Positions 20,624-31,895 of a DNA stretch of 64,000 nt are shown here, in pieces. Source of the stretch: Verrucomicrobiota bacterium (GTDB taxonomy: Bacteria > Verrucomicrobiota > Verrucomicrobiia > Limisphaerales > AAA164-E04); contig CP170459.1 in assembly GCA_047947115.1 (NCBI GenBank), positions 2,048,001 to 2,112,000 of the forward strand, given 5' to 3'. Positions within the stretch are counted from its first letter, which is position 1. Each line of letters starts with the position of its first letter. A program made the translations under genes and the position numbers. The notes below the pieces were generated by a model, which was not told the origin of the DNA, did not search any database, and saw only the letters and a program-made list of their open reading frames with translations.

Positions 20624-23212
20624 TTATTTTGATGAAAACTGTGGGCTGGTGACTATCATTCCAATTAAGGCCTGTAATGTGTCACCTTGTTGAAACATGG
20701 AATCAACCGTCAGTTGCAGGAATGCATCATCCGTCGGTTCAACCGGGCGGCCGAGTGCGTAGATCATCATTTTCTCAGCAAGGGCACGTCGAAATCTGTC
20801 GGCTTGTTCAAGCATGAGAGTCCGGAACGATTCAAACGAATCAAACGCTTCGCCATTGGGTAAGCGGCCACTGACGTCAATTTCAGGTCCACGTTCCCCG
20901 TGGAAATCCTCCCCGTCCTGCCGCGTGCGCCACTTGCCGATGGCGTTGAAGTTTTCCAAAGCCAATCCATAAGGATCCAGAGATCGATGACAACTGGCGC
21001 AGGTTTCGATTTCCTGATGTTGCATCAGGCGTTTGCGCACACTGAGACGTTCCCCTTTGATATTCGGTTCCACTTCACCTGCATTGGGGGGAGGCGGATC
21101 CGGTGGATCATTAAACAATACTTCCCTCACGTATACAGCCCGCGAAACCGGTTTGGTTCGAATCCCGTCGGCTCCGGCAAGATGAACCCCCATCATGCCG
21201 AGAATTCCGCCTCTTGGTGAAACTGCCGGCAGATCGACTTTTCGGAAGGCATCGCCCTTGATGTCAGGCAGGTCGTAGTGTTTCGCGAGTCGTTGGTTCA
21301 CCACGACAAAATCAGCATCCAAAAACTCCAGCACAGAAAGGCGCTCATTCAAGACTGTCCGGAAAAAAGCAAGAGCCTCTTCCACGGCATCATGTCCCAA
21401 CTTCGGACTTTACTGCCGGTAAATGTTCTTATCCGGTGCGAAGGCCAAAAAGGTCTCGGTTCGCAACCATTGCCGCGCAAATCCCTGAACAAAGCGTTCG
21501 ATCTTGGGATCTGCAAGCATGCGACCCACCTGCCGCAACAAAGTCTTCGGGTCATGTAATGCACCCGTTGAAGCCAATTCGAAGAGTTCCTCGTCAGGCA
21601 TGCTGTTCCACAGGAAATATGACAATCTGGAAACCAGTTCATAATCATCAACCGGACCACGATCGGAGTTTGTCGATGGTTTGGAAAGGTAAAGGAATTT
21701 GGGGGAAACCAAAGCGGCGCAAAGCCCGACCCGCATTGCCTCATACACGTTGGCACCACGGTCCAGTTCGGTTTGGATCACTTTGAGAACCGGATTTATT
21801 TCGGTGGAATCTACCGGCCTTCTCCAGGCTTTCGGTAAAAAATTCTTCAGAATACCACGGGCATGATCCAAATCCGAATCTCCCTGATACGAAGCATGAA
21901 ACAGGTCAGTGTGGCTCTTGGGTGGCCATTGATCGTAAAGTGGTCCTTCAACTTCCAGGTAATCCAAAAAGAGATGTGGATACTTGGATACATCCAGTTT
22001 CTCAGGATCGGGCGTGGAACGATCTCCTCCCCATCCTTCGGCAATTTTACGTCCTGCCAGCCGTATAGTCCCGGTGAAATCACCCGCTTCGCCCAGGTCC
22101 CGGTTCCTGCGCATAAAATGTTCACCCGGCCGCTGGCTCATGTAAAGATCCGTTTCGTTCTCCATGTGGACTTCAAGTTTTCCGCCCAGAGTGTCGCGTG
22201 AAACGACCACCGTATACGTTTTCGGTTGATCCCAAGCTGCGTCCACGTCCACTTCCATCAAGGTTTGCATGTCTTCATTGGGGTGTTTATGGGTCAGCAC
22301 CATTCTCGGCAACTCGCCGTCCGCACCTGGAACAGCCCCCGCTCGAATGGTGAATCGATAGAAACCATTGACCGGCGCCACGTTGTTATCTTGACGGCCG
22401 GGATATCGAAGCATGCCAAAGGATCGGGTGTTTCCTTGGATTAATTCCAAGCCACCCTTCACTGTATTCATGCCAAGCCGTGAAACGAGGTAACCAATCG
22501 CAACGCTGTCTTCGATTTCTTCGAACTCCAGACGCATGGTCTCGGTGGGGTATTCAGGTGGGCCTTCCACGATGGCGCGTTCCGCAATGCCGCGTGCGAC
22601 ACGGTAATAGAGCTCCAGTAGCGATGGATCCAGCAACAACGCCGCACCGACTTTGTCAAATCCGTCCGATGTGCCGTCTGGAGGCAAGGTGTCCAATGGA
22701 CTTTCTCCCGCAGCAAACTTCATGGATAACAAGTCCTCTATCGTGTGCGTGTATTCGTGGCGATTCATTCGGTGCAACGGCACCCGGTCCCCGACAGACT
22801 TGCTCTGTCGGGCCAATTGACGCAGTTCCGAGGCGATCCATTGGGTAACCAATGCAGAACGCTCAATATCCGGACGTGGTTCATTTTCCGGGGGCATTTC
22901 TCCCAGATGAATTAAATCGCGCACCTCCATCCACGTCGCCGCTGTCTTACGATCCGCGAAGTCTTCTCCCAACACATCCAGACGCAAATCTCCCTTCTGC
23001 TTGTCCGCACCATGGCACTCAACGCAATGCTCCTCCAAAAAAGGACGGATCACCGAGCGAAAAGAGTCAGACTTCGCTTCAGCGCGTCCCTCCATACACA
23101 TCACCCACAACAAGGCGAAGCCGGCTCTGAACAATCTTTGGTAGTCCGGTTTTTTCACGATGCAAACATTTCCAATGAAAAGTTGATAAGAACCGCAAAG
23201 GTCATCAAGCAA
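20624..23212 (-). pseudogene. DUF1592/DUF1588 Planctomycete cytochrome-c domain protein split by an in-frame TAA
   Basis: CVECHG, RMNRHEY, ELVSRLSYFLW, CASCH. ORFs 21410..23212 and 20624..21400 share one frame: YRQ*SPKLGHDAVEE. Confidence 0.85.
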
Positions 23213-23225
23213 CTGGATGCAATTG

Positions 23226-25706
23226 TTAACGCGAACGGAAGATTTCGCTCATCAGGCATTTCGTTACAAGGGTGCGCAGGCCATGTCCATCTGTCTGGAT
23301 TTTCTCTTGTATTTCGTCTATCTCAAATTGGTCTTCAATTTCCATGAAACGGCCTGTCGAGTATGCAAGCATTTGAGAAATCAAATGGCGTGTAAAAGGG
23401 TTGATGCGGTTTGTTTTCAGCACTTGTTTGAATGCGTTAAAACTCTGGAATGCTTCCCCGGAAGGCAAGGTGCCAGAGGCATCAATGGGCTGTGCCTCTC
23501 CTTTGGATTTCTTTTGATAAGTCTTCCGCCAGCGCCCCAGTGCATCAAAGTTTTCCAGGGGAAACCCCAGAGGATCCATTTTGCGGTGACATTCTGCGCA
23601 GGTTTTGGAGGCACGATGCTTCGCCAAACGTTCTCGAATGGTCGTTGTTCCACTGACATCCGGTTCAATGGCCGGAACTTCATCAGGGGGAGGAGGTGGT
23701 GGCGTGCCAAGGATGTTTTCGGCTACCCAGGCTCCACGTGTAACCGGAGAAGTGTCCACCCCGTTCGCGCTTACCATCAGCACGCCTGCCATGCCTAAAA
23801 CTCCACCCCTTTGTTCATTTTCCTGAAGCGAAATCCTTCGGAATCCGTCAGACAATCGAAGCGTTTCCTTTTCCGGAAGTCCGTACAGCTTCGAAAGTTT
23901 CTTGTCGACAAAGGTGTAATCCGCATCCAACAAATCTGCCACGGGACCGTTGTTTTTTAACAAGTGGTGAAAGAAAAGGTGTGCTTCCTTTTTCATGGAT
24001 GTTGGCAGATCTTCAGCGTAATAATCACGCGCGGACTGACGTGGAGGCGGTTGCGATCCCAATTTTCCCAGAACCAGCCAACTGTCGAGGAATCCTTCGA
24101 CAAATCGACCGGACCTTGAATCGTTCAATAATCTTTCGACTTGCTCCCGCAGCACCACATCCTGGGCCAGGCTTCCTTCCGCTGCCAGGTTCAGTAGAAT
24201 GGCGTCGGGAGGTGAGGACCACAGGGCATAAGATAAGCGGGAAGCGAGATCGTGGGGAGACAAGCGTGACACACCTTCAGGGGTGATTTCACTCAGATAC
24301 AAAAACGACGGAGAACACAGTATCAATTTGAGAGTGTCCAGGGCTGCTTGCCTGGCTGTGATTCCCTCCATCAAACCTTGTTCATAGGTTTTTGTAAGGT
24401 GTTCCACATCTTCCTCGGTCAATGGGCGGCGAAATGCTCGCTCCGCGAAGGCCAGGATCTGTTGCTTGGCGTGGGATTCCTTGAACCCTCCCATTCCAAA
24501 GACGCTTTGTTCCTCGAGACTTCCGTCGGGTTCCTTCATGGGCCCATGAATTGAAATCTCGGAAATTCGTATGTGCGGTAGTTTTCCTTTCGTCAAAAGA
24601 TCGGCGCGATTCACATCGGCACTGGTTTCGCGTCCCAGTTCTTCTTTGTAACGTTTGTTCAATTGAATGACCGAAGCCCGTGATTCGTAGGCTCCGTTTG
24701 GGAAAATAAACCTCGGCGTCTGCCCGGTTTCAAGCCACACCCGAAACGTGATCCAGTCTGGAGCTTTATCCGCCACTTCCACCGGTTCCGCGAGCAGGGG
24801 TTCCACCCCTTGCGGGTAATGAATATGGCCTTTCCTCACATCACCCGGAACTACGGCCAGAAGAAACGGTTCAGAAAAATCCATTCTAAGAATACTCGGA
24901 TCGTAATGGGTGTCCCGATGCATCGCTTGTGCGAGCACTTTGATTTCATAAAGACCGGATACGGGAACCCCTTCGAGAAAGTCCTCAATGTGGCCATATC
25001 CTCCCTGGCGGGTATCGGTGTTGGGTTGTTCGTACAGGCACAGGTAACGATAGTCAAATGCCGCTCGATGTGCCCCACTCAATTCCTCGTATTGCTTGAA
25101 ATGACCATCAAAATGCCAATCCCGCGGCTCGATGTCGGGTTTGTTCAACCTCAATTCGACCAATCGATCGGCAGCCAGAAAGTATTGATCCAGCAGGAAA
25201 CCGGATGTGATCTGGGATTGCCCAATCGTGTCGATATGGTGACTGGGGTTTTCTTTTGGAAAACCTTCTGTCAGCCCCAAAGTGTCGATCCGTCTGCCGA
25301 ACAACGTTTCCAGTGTGGTTTCGTACTCACGCGTTGAAAGTCGACGCATGATGGTTCGTCCGCCGGTGCTTCGAAAAAGTGTTCGCGCTTTTTGTCTTTC
25401 CTGACGCAGGTTCCTGATGAGTTCCAGGCGTTCTTCGTCGGAAGGTTGATCTGCTTTGGCGGGTGGCATTTCCTTCAAAGTCACCTGATCGATGATTTCC
25501 TTTGCCGTGATGAGGTCTGATTCTGTTTTTATCGGAAGTTGGAAGGTTTCAAATTCACGATCTCCTTTTTCCATCGAGGTGTCATGGCATTCAAAACAAT
25601 ATTGTTCCAGAAAACTGCGAACGTCCTTGGCCTGGAGGTGTTGAACGTAACCAACAAAGCAAAAGACGAGGGCAATAATGCGGCAAAGAGCAGAGGCCTT
25701 CAACAT
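23226..25706 (-). CDS. DUF1592/DUF1588 Planctomycete cytochrome-c domain protein
   Basis: CFECHD, RRLSTREY, LASRLSYALW, TSPVTRGAW, CAECHRKMDPLGF. Confidence 0.92.
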   Translation of the reverse strand: MLKASALCRIIALVFCFVGYVQHLQAKDVRSFLEQYCFECHDTSMEKGDREFETFQLPIKTESDLITAKEIIDQVTLKEMPPAKADQPSDEERLELIRNLRQERQKARTLFRSTGGRTIMRRLSTREYETTLETLFGRRIDTLGLTEGFPKENPSHHIDTIGQSQITSGFLLDQYFLAADRLVELRLNKPDIEPRDWHFDGHFKQYEELSGAHRAAFDYRYLCLYEQPNTDTRQGGYGHIEDFLEGVPVSGLYEIKVLAQAMHRDTHYDPSILRMDFSEPFLLAVVPGDVRKGHIHYPQGVEPLLAEPVEVADKAPDWITFRVWLETGQTPRFIFPNGAYESRASVIQLNKRYKEELGRETSADVNRADLLTKGKLPHIRISEISIHGPMKEPDGSLEEQSVFGMGGFKESHAKQQILAFAERAFRRPLTEEDVEHLTKTYEQGLMEGITARQAALDTLKLILCSPSFLYLSEITPEGVSRLSPHDLASRLSYALWSSPPDAILLNLAAEGSLAQDVVLREQVERLLNDSRSGRFVEGFLDSWLVLGKLGSQPPPRQSARDYYAEDLPTSMKKEAHLFFHHLLKNNGPVADLLDADYTFVDKKLSKLYGLPEKETLRLSDGFRRISLQENEQRGGVLGMAGVLMVSANGVDTSPVTRGAWVAENILGTPPPPPPDEVPAIEPDVSGTTTIRERLAKHRASKTCAECHRKMDPLGFPLENFDALGRWRKTYQKKSKGEAQPIDASGTLPSGEAFQSFNAFKQVLKTNRINPFTRHLISQMLAYSTGRFMEIEDQFEIDEIQEKIQTDGHGLRTLVTKCLMSEIFRSR

Positions 25707-25715
25707 GGCATTCCA

Positions 25716-26999
25716 TCAAGAAAAGGTTCCGGTACTGGTGCCAAAGGAATCGACTTCCATTCCCATCTTCTGAGCAATGTCGAGGTAAAGATTGCAAAGT
25801 GGCAGTTTGTCACCTCTCTCTTCTGTCACATTACGGAAAGATCCATGATGGTATCCCCCTCCGGCGAGAATGATGGGCAGGTCGGTGTTCTTATGTGAAT
25901 TTCCATCGCCCATGCCACTGCCAAACAGGACCGTTGTTGAATCCAGCAGGGAACCTTCCCCGCATTGCTTGTTGGCCAATTGGGTCAGGAAGTGGCCAAA
26001 GTGCTTTATTTGATAACGTTCCAGTTTAATCAGATTTGCGATCGTTTCCTCGTCATTGCCATGATGAGACATGCTGTGATATCCACGATCGATGCCCAGG
26101 TGCTGCGGCAGGAAACTTCCCCCGATTTCAAGAGTCGCCACCCGGGTGGAATCGGTTTGCAGGGCAAGTGCGATCAACTCATATAGCAAAGGTAAATCAT
26201 CGACAGTGTTTTTATTGTCTGGTCGGTCGAATGGAGCTTCCGGCTTGGGGTGTGCCGTCCACCTTTCGCGTAATTCCAAACGTTTTTCCACATCACGCAA
26301 AGAAGTGAAATACTCGTCCAATTTCTCCCGATCTTCTTGATTCACTTTGGTCGACAGTCTTTTTGCTTGCTCCCGGACCGCATCGAGAATGGAGCCCTGA
26401 ATTTGGTTCTGACGTCGTTTTTGGATCTGGGTTTCCTTTGAATCGGAAATAAAAATCTTTTCAAACAATTCGGCAGGCCCGGTGATTGGAGGCACACGCA
26501 CACCCGACCGTGTCCAGGCAATCTGGCATCCCCCATGAATGCCGCCCTCTGAGCCGACGGTCAATGACGGAAAACGCGTCTGCATTCCCAGGGAGTCGGC
26601 AATGAACTGGTCGATGGTGACATTTCCATCCGGCATGTCCTTGGCCTCGTGGTGGAGCACTCCTGACAGAAAGGTGTGCACCGCAAAATGCCCGCCTTTC
26701 AGTCCATGATCGAGCCCCCTGTAAACAGTGAACTGTGATCGGTTCGATTCCAGAGGCTCCAGTAAAGGGGTGGATGGGTATGCTTCTCCGGTTGAATCCG
26801 GGAAAAAACTTTCCCTCTGAAAACCAAGCAAATTGCCAATCGCAACAAAACGACGAGCGCCTTCTCCCGCGCCTTTGAATGTCTGGACGGCCTCACCATT
26901 TCCTATAGAACTGGCTGTCAACGAGGGGAGGCAAGGCAGGGATAAAGAAGCCCCCAAGGAGTTCAACACGAAGCGGCGACGAGACATTTTTGAATTCAT
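25716..26999 (-). CDS. DUF1552 family protein
   Basis: SRRRFV, TRFPSL, KLDEYFTSLRDVE, LALQTDSTRV, LPIILAGG. Confidence 0.92.
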   Translation of the reverse strand: MNSKMSRRRFVLNSLGASLSLPCLPSLTASSIGNGEAVQTFKGAGEGARRFVAIGNLLGFQRESFFPDSTGEAYPSTPLLEPLESNRSQFTVYRGLDHGLKGGHFAVHTFLSGVLHHEAKDMPDGNVTIDQFIADSLGMQTRFPSLTVGSEGGIHGGCQIAWTRSGVRVPPITGPAELFEKIFISDSKETQIQKRRQNQIQGSILDAVREQAKRLSTKVNQEDREKLDEYFTSLRDVEKRLELRERWTAHPKPEAPFDRPDNKNTVDDLPLLYELIALALQTDSTRVATLEIGGSFLPQHLGIDRGYHSMSHHGNDEETIANLIKLERYQIKHFGHFLTQLANKQCGEGSLLDSTTVLFGSGMGDGNSHKNTDLPIILAGGGYHHGSFRNVTEERGDKLPLCNLYLDIAQKMGMEVDSFGTSTGTFS

Positions 27000-27233
27000 A
27001 AGGATGGGTGCGTTGGGTTCACTCAAAATCAAATGGTTTGTTCAGACCCGGCATCATACAGGAATGGTTTTCGTTTCAGGATTCAATGGATCAAAACTGC
27101 ATGAATCCTTCGTTTTTTGCAAGTAAGTTTGGTTCAGTGAACTTGTTGAAGCCAAAGGAAACTTCACAGATCGTCGAAACGCTTGTTCATCCCCAAAAGG
27201 ACATCCGGTTCCACTTGATCGCGCAACTCTGCC

Positions 27234-30086
27234 TTGGGATGGCCCGGGGCTGACCTTCATGTCACGGAATGCGTTGGAGAACGAGGTGAGGGAGGTTTTG
27301 ACTTTTTTGCGAACCCTACTCCCGGAGGTCCGAACGACACCGCGCACGGTCTGCCGGTTTTGGAGCGGGTTGAATTCTTTCCTCCCAGCCGGACCTTTAC
27401 CGGTTCGCTTGAGTTATCCCTTTCTGGTGGTGTCGAAGGCGACGTGATTCGCTATACAACGAACGGTCAGATCCCGACTGAATCGTCCACGAGGTATAAC
27501 GGCAGCCCGATCATGCTGACCCGTAGCACACAGGTGCGTGCGAGACTATTTCGTACCCTGCGCGCAGCTGGCCCGGTGAGTTCAGGCGCTTGGACATCCA
27601 TTGATTCCAGCCTGCAAAACTTTACCTCGAACCTGCCTTTGATTGTTTTGGATAACTTCGACAGAGGCTCCGTCACCAGCGGCCCCGATCCGGAACCAGG
27701 CTACTTCACGCTATTGCAACCAATCGAAGAAGGCATCACTCAATTGGTTGGTGCGCCCCAGGACGCGCATCGTATGGGATTCAAACGTCGTGGCGCCAGT
27801 ACGTTAAACGATGCCAAAGGAAACTACCGGATTGAATTCCGGCAGCAGGACAGTGAGGAAGATCAAAACGTCAATTTGCTGGGGCTTTCAAAACATCCGG
27901 AATGGATTCTGTTTGCTCCATACCGTTTTGATCGTTCCCTCGTTCGAATCCCTTTCATTCATCAACTCAGCAACAACATTGGTGAATACGCTCCACGATC
28001 TGTTCCTGTGGAGGTTTTTCTCAGCACCAGTGGCGGTCGGGTCAGTGAAAGCGATTATCAGGGAGTTTACGTGCTCCAGGAACGGATTTCGCGGGATAAG
28101 GACCGGGTAGACATCTCCCGACTCGGACCCGAAGATACCGAAGAACCGGATGTCACCGGCGGATACATTCTGAGCATTGACCGTCGCGATCCCGGAGACA
28201 ATGGTTTCCGCTCAAGCCTGGGACATCCAGAAGATCCCGCCATTGCCGGTCCCCAACCCTGGTTCAACTTTGTCTATCCCAAGGAATCCAACATCCTTCC
28301 GGAGCAGCGTGACTATATCATGGGATACATCGACGAAATGGAATCCGCACTCTACTCCCCCAACTTCAAAGATCCAATGGAGGGTTATGCCAATTGGATC
28401 GATGTGGATTCCTTCATTGGGCATCACCTCCTGGTTACCTTCACCAAAGATCCCGATGCGCTGCGCCTCAGCACATACATGAATAAACCGCGGAATGAGA
28501 AGCTGCGAATGGGGCCGATCTGGGATTTCGACCGAACCATGGGGAATGACGCGGACGGTCGCTCCGGGAACCCGGAAGGGTGGGATCCCCCGTTTGAGAC
28601 GGCTCAGTTTTTCCTATACGATTGGTGGGGGCAGCTCTTTAAGGATCCAAATTTTTTCCAGGCTTGGATTGATCGCTGGCAAGCATTGCGCGAAAGTGAG
28701 ATGAGCGACACAAAGCTCACGGAACTGGTGAGCCACTTCGCCGTGCAGGTCGAAGCCACGCAGGAACGTAACTTTGTTCGTTGGCCCGAGGTTTCCCCAA
28801 ACGGCGGAGAATTTTCAAATCTGCCCGGATGGGAAGGGGAAGTGGATCATTTGAAACAGTGGCTGGTCCGGCGAGCGGCTTGGATTGACAGTCAGTTTCC
28901 CTCAAAACCGACATTCAGCCAGGCGGGTGGTTCATTCACGCCGGGCACCTTGCTTTCTATTTTTTCGACGGGGAACGATGTATACTACACGACAGACGAT
29001 ACGGACCCCAGAGCATCGGGAGGTTCCCCATCCAATACGGCAATCAAACAAACGTCTCCTGAATCAGCCTTCGAACTGAACCGGTCGGTTGTCATTACAG
29101 CTCGAGCCTTCAACGGAACCGACTGGAGCAGCCCGGTTCGCAGAGTCTTCGTCACGGGGGCAACGCCCTCCAAAGCAAACCTTGTCATCAGTGAACTCCA
29201 TTATCACCCATTGGACCCAACAGCGACCGAGATCGCCGATGGCTGCACGGATGCCGATATGTTCGAATTCATTGAGTTGACAAATATTGGCAATGAATCG
29301 CTTGATTTATCCGGCGTTCACTTCAGCGATGGCTTGGAGTTCGAGTTTGCACCGCAAGGATTGGGGGCCCCTGAGATGGCTCCTGGAGATTCTTTGGTGC
29401 TGGTAAAGAACCTGGAAGCATTCGAATCGAGGTATCATCAAAGCTTGGCGCGAATCCAAATAGGCGGAGTTTACAATCTGAACTTAAGTAATGGGGGAGA
29501 GCTGATTCAACTGCTCGATGCAAATGGAAATGAGATCCAAAGTTTCGCCTACGGAGATTCATCGCCCTGGCCCGACACCCCTGATGGTACCGGGCCAAGC
29601 CTGGTCTTAAGCGACGTCTGGACCAATCCTGATCCCTCCCTGCCGGAAAACTGGAAACCAAGTTTCAACTTCGGAGGCACTCCTGGTACGATCGAAACAG
29701 GAACAGGCGGTTTCACCGGAGATCCTTTCGCAGATACCGACGGCAACGGGTTTGCCGACCTTTTTGATTATGCCTTCGGCAGCTCTTCAAATCCCGGCCA
29801 ATTGACCTTGCCGACAGCTTTGATCGTTCGCATTCCTGACGAGATCGAAAACGCTGAATACTTTGCGATTCAATATCACCGGAATCCTGACGCAACAGAC
29901 CTGGGCTTCTCACTGGAAGGATCATCCGACATGCTCTCCTGGAACAGTGTTGATGAAGATTTTCAGCATATTGAATCCACGATCCAACCGGACAATACTA
30001 TTCGAGAAACATATCGCGCCCACACGCCCATTCTGCACGACGATCGCATGTTTATAAGAGTTGCCATCCACCTGAATCAGCCTTGA
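27234..30086 (+). CDS. CotH kinase/LTD protein, apparently 5'-truncated
   Basis: Begins near FFANPTPGGPN (end of an LTD) with no signal peptide; IRYTTNG, YQGVYVLQERI, GPIWDFDR, ISELHYHP; C-terminal GSSDMLSW...MFIRV. Confidence 0.8.
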   Translation: MGWPGADLHVTECVGERGEGGFDFFANPTPGGPNDTAHGLPVLERVEFFPPSRTFTGSLELSLSGGVEGDVIRYTTNGQIPTESSTRYNGSPIMLTRSTQVRARLFRTLRAAGPVSSGAWTSIDSSLQNFTSNLPLIVLDNFDRGSVTSGPDPEPGYFTLLQPIEEGITQLVGAPQDAHRMGFKRRGASTLNDAKGNYRIEFRQQDSEEDQNVNLLGLSKHPEWILFAPYRFDRSLVRIPFIHQLSNNIGEYAPRSVPVEVFLSTSGGRVSESDYQGVYVLQERISRDKDRVDISRLGPEDTEEPDVTGGYILSIDRRDPGDNGFRSSLGHPEDPAIAGPQPWFNFVYPKESNILPEQRDYIMGYIDEMESALYSPNFKDPMEGYANWIDVDSFIGHHLLVTFTKDPDALRLSTYMNKPRNEKLRMGPIWDFDRTMGNDADGRSGNPEGWDPPFETAQFFLYDWWGQLFKDPNFFQAWIDRWQALRESEMSDTKLTELVSHFAVQVEATQERNFVRWPEVSPNGGEFSNLPGWEGEVDHLKQWLVRRAAWIDSQFPSKPTFSQAGGSFTPGTLLSIFSTGNDVYYTTDDTDPRASGGSPSNTAIKQTSPESAFELNRSVVITARAFNGTDWSSPVRRVFVTGATPSKANLVISELHYHPLDPTATEIADGCTDADMFEFIELTNIGNESLDLSGVHFSDGLEFEFAPQGLGAPEMAPGDSLVLVKNLEAFESRYHQSLARIQIGGVYNLNLSNGGELIQLLDANGNEIQSFAYGDSSPWPDTPDGTGPSLVLSDVWTNPDPSLPENWKPSFNFGGTPGTIETGTGGFTGDPFADTDGNGFADLFDYAFGSSSNPGQLTLPTALIVRIPDEIENAEYFAIQYHRNPDATDLGFSLEGSSDMLSWNSVDEDFQHIESTIQPDNTIRETYRAHTPILHDDRMFIRVAIHLNQP

Positions 30087-30161
30087 ACTGCGTCACACAT
30101 GACGTTATGATCCTGCGGTCGGGAATAGGTGATTTACTGGGGGAATCGTGGCTAGTACGTA

Positions 30162-30636
30162 TTATTCATCCTTTTGCACAATACCTACCGTTGCAACTTC
30201 CAGTGTAATGACTTGATCACGCTTCTGAGTTGTGATTTTGAAGGCAACTTCTTTTGCGCCGTCGATGTTCTCCAAGTCCATATACGCTGGAACATTGCTT
30301 AATGACTTACCTGTCCTTGAAGTGTAGGTAATGTAACGCCTTATAGTACATGCTTTGCAGTGGATGGTTTGCCCACACCCTCCTGGTAGTTGATGATTTT
30401 CGCATGAAAAGACTTCTCCTCCCAATTTTCCCTGCATTGATTGCCTATCCGCTCCCAAAAAATTTTCAGCGGATCGATTTGCAGAAATGACTCTTGCATT
30501 TCCATCAACGACAAAGACGGGAGTCTGTATGGAGTCAATAAACTCCTGCATGGGCTGCCCGGATCCTGCCATGAGTCTGCCCAAACATTGCTTGCATATA
30601 CCATGGCTTACTTTTTGTTCCTGTGTGCATTCAGAG
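30162..30636 (-). pseudogene. PAS-domain protein with a Cys-rich N-terminus, 5'-truncated at the ISL3 remnant
   Basis: KVSHGICKQC...PVFVVD...GEVFSC...GGCGQTIHCKACTIR; the frame runs into IS sequence upstream. Confidence 0.7.
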
Positions 30637-31037
30637 CTAGAGGAATTGGATTTGAAGAATTTAGCAACCGGAATCGCCTACCAGATGCGATTGAATTTCC
30701 AACAAGTCTATCGCAGTCGCAATGAGGTTACAGCGCGAAAAAACATGGTCAAATGGATAGGATGGGTAAAACGAAGGGCGAAAAAATCAGGGGATATGTT
30801 GGAACCAATGGTCAAGGTGGCAAACAGTATTGAACGTCACTTGGAAGGTATACTTGCTCATTGGAAAAAGAAACTGACCACAGCGTTCATGGAAGGATTG
30901 AATAGCGTTTTCAGCGCGGTCAAGCGGAAAGCCAGGGGCTTTCGCTCATCCGTATACATGACCACCATGCTTTACTTTGTAGCCGGTAAACTCAGAATCC
31001 CAGCTTAAGTTAATTCCACTGGAATTATCGAAGAACC
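30632..31037 (+). mobile_element. ISL3-family IS remnant (3' part of transposase plus right end)
   Basis: AYQMRL...TTAFMEGLNSVFSAVKRKARGFRS...YFVAGKL; end ...GAAGAACC at 31037 next to AT-rich TTAAATTT. Confidence 0.88.
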
Positions 31038-31279
31038 TTAAATTTGTTCACCAACTCCAGTCGGATGGCTTCCAGAGTTGAAGAAATGTGCGCAAGGGCT
31101 TCGTTTCGATCCATCGTGTGATTGGCGCATACAACATCGAGATCGATAGAAAGGCGTAGCATGTTTCGAACAAACAGGTTGATTGCCGTGCCACCTTTCA
31201 AAATGAAGTGGGGATGTTTGAAAACGACTGGTGCCACTTCCAGAAGCAGGCGTGCCGCGTTGTGATAGTTCTCATTCAT
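31038..31279 (-). pseudogene. abiEii: AbiEii nucleotidyltransferase toxin, truncated by ISL3
   Basis: FILKGGTAINLFVRNMLRLSIDLDV; only about 80 codons remain. Confidence 0.88.
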
Positions 31280-31692
31280 CAGGGATTCAGAATAAGAGTC
31301 CGGCCATCTTTGAGACGTTTTACCCAACGACTGTTGCCATTTTTGCTTCCAACTGCTTGTCGTGCGGCTTCTGCCCAAGGCAGACTGAGTTCCTCAGCCC
31401 AGATCACGCACAAGCGGACTGCCTTAATCATTCGGCAATGCTTGATCAAGGTCGAGAGCTGCTTGGTTCTCAGTTGGCGAACCGATTCCATGATGTTGCG
31501 AGTTTCTTCAAGGGATTCATGAGTGTCCAGTTCGCTGAGCATTTCCAGCAGAGCACGTTCCGGGGTTGATACCGTGGGGCCATTTGGAGAATTGTGCAAT
31601 GGAGACAAACAGAAGCCGGCAGGTAAATGATCGTCGAACAACTTGGATGATGTATATCGAGCTTGAAAACGGTCGGTAAACCACGACGGGAG
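31279..31692 (-). pseudogene. abiEi: AbiEi antitoxin C-terminal fragment
   Basis: LPSWFTDRF...STPERALLEML...IKAVRL...LSLPW; TGATG overlap with abiEii; 5' half replaced by an IS21 end. Confidence 0.82.
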
Positions 31693-31822
31693 AGAACCCT
31701 TCTTCTTATGTTATTCCATTGTTCCATATCGGCATACATGCTCCTTTCTTAGCATGATGCCGCACTTTTCGACTGTCACTTTCCTGACCCCGACCCGCCG
31801 CACTTTTCGACTGGCGCCCACA
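31692..31822 (-). mobile_element. IS21-family left end with the first 16 codons of istA
   Basis: Minus strand starts TGT, has two copies of CAGTCGAAAAGTGCGGC, RBS AAGGAG, then MYADMEQWNNIRRRVL. Confidence 0.8.
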
Positions 31823-31895
31823 CCGGGAATCGGTGGTAAAAGAATCGACCGAATCTTGTGGAAAAGCTTGTTGTATGAAGGCAGCCAAATAAGTC

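Noticed and set aside
19258..21412. Stop-codon reassignment or selenocysteine explaining the in-frame TGA and TAA
   Set aside because: Two different stops are involved, both terminate normal genes here, and the TGA lies in a signal peptide.
30487..31008. 173-aa ORF as an intact transposase
   Set aside because: The first ~48 codons are antisense PAS sequence; only the C-terminal part is ISL3.
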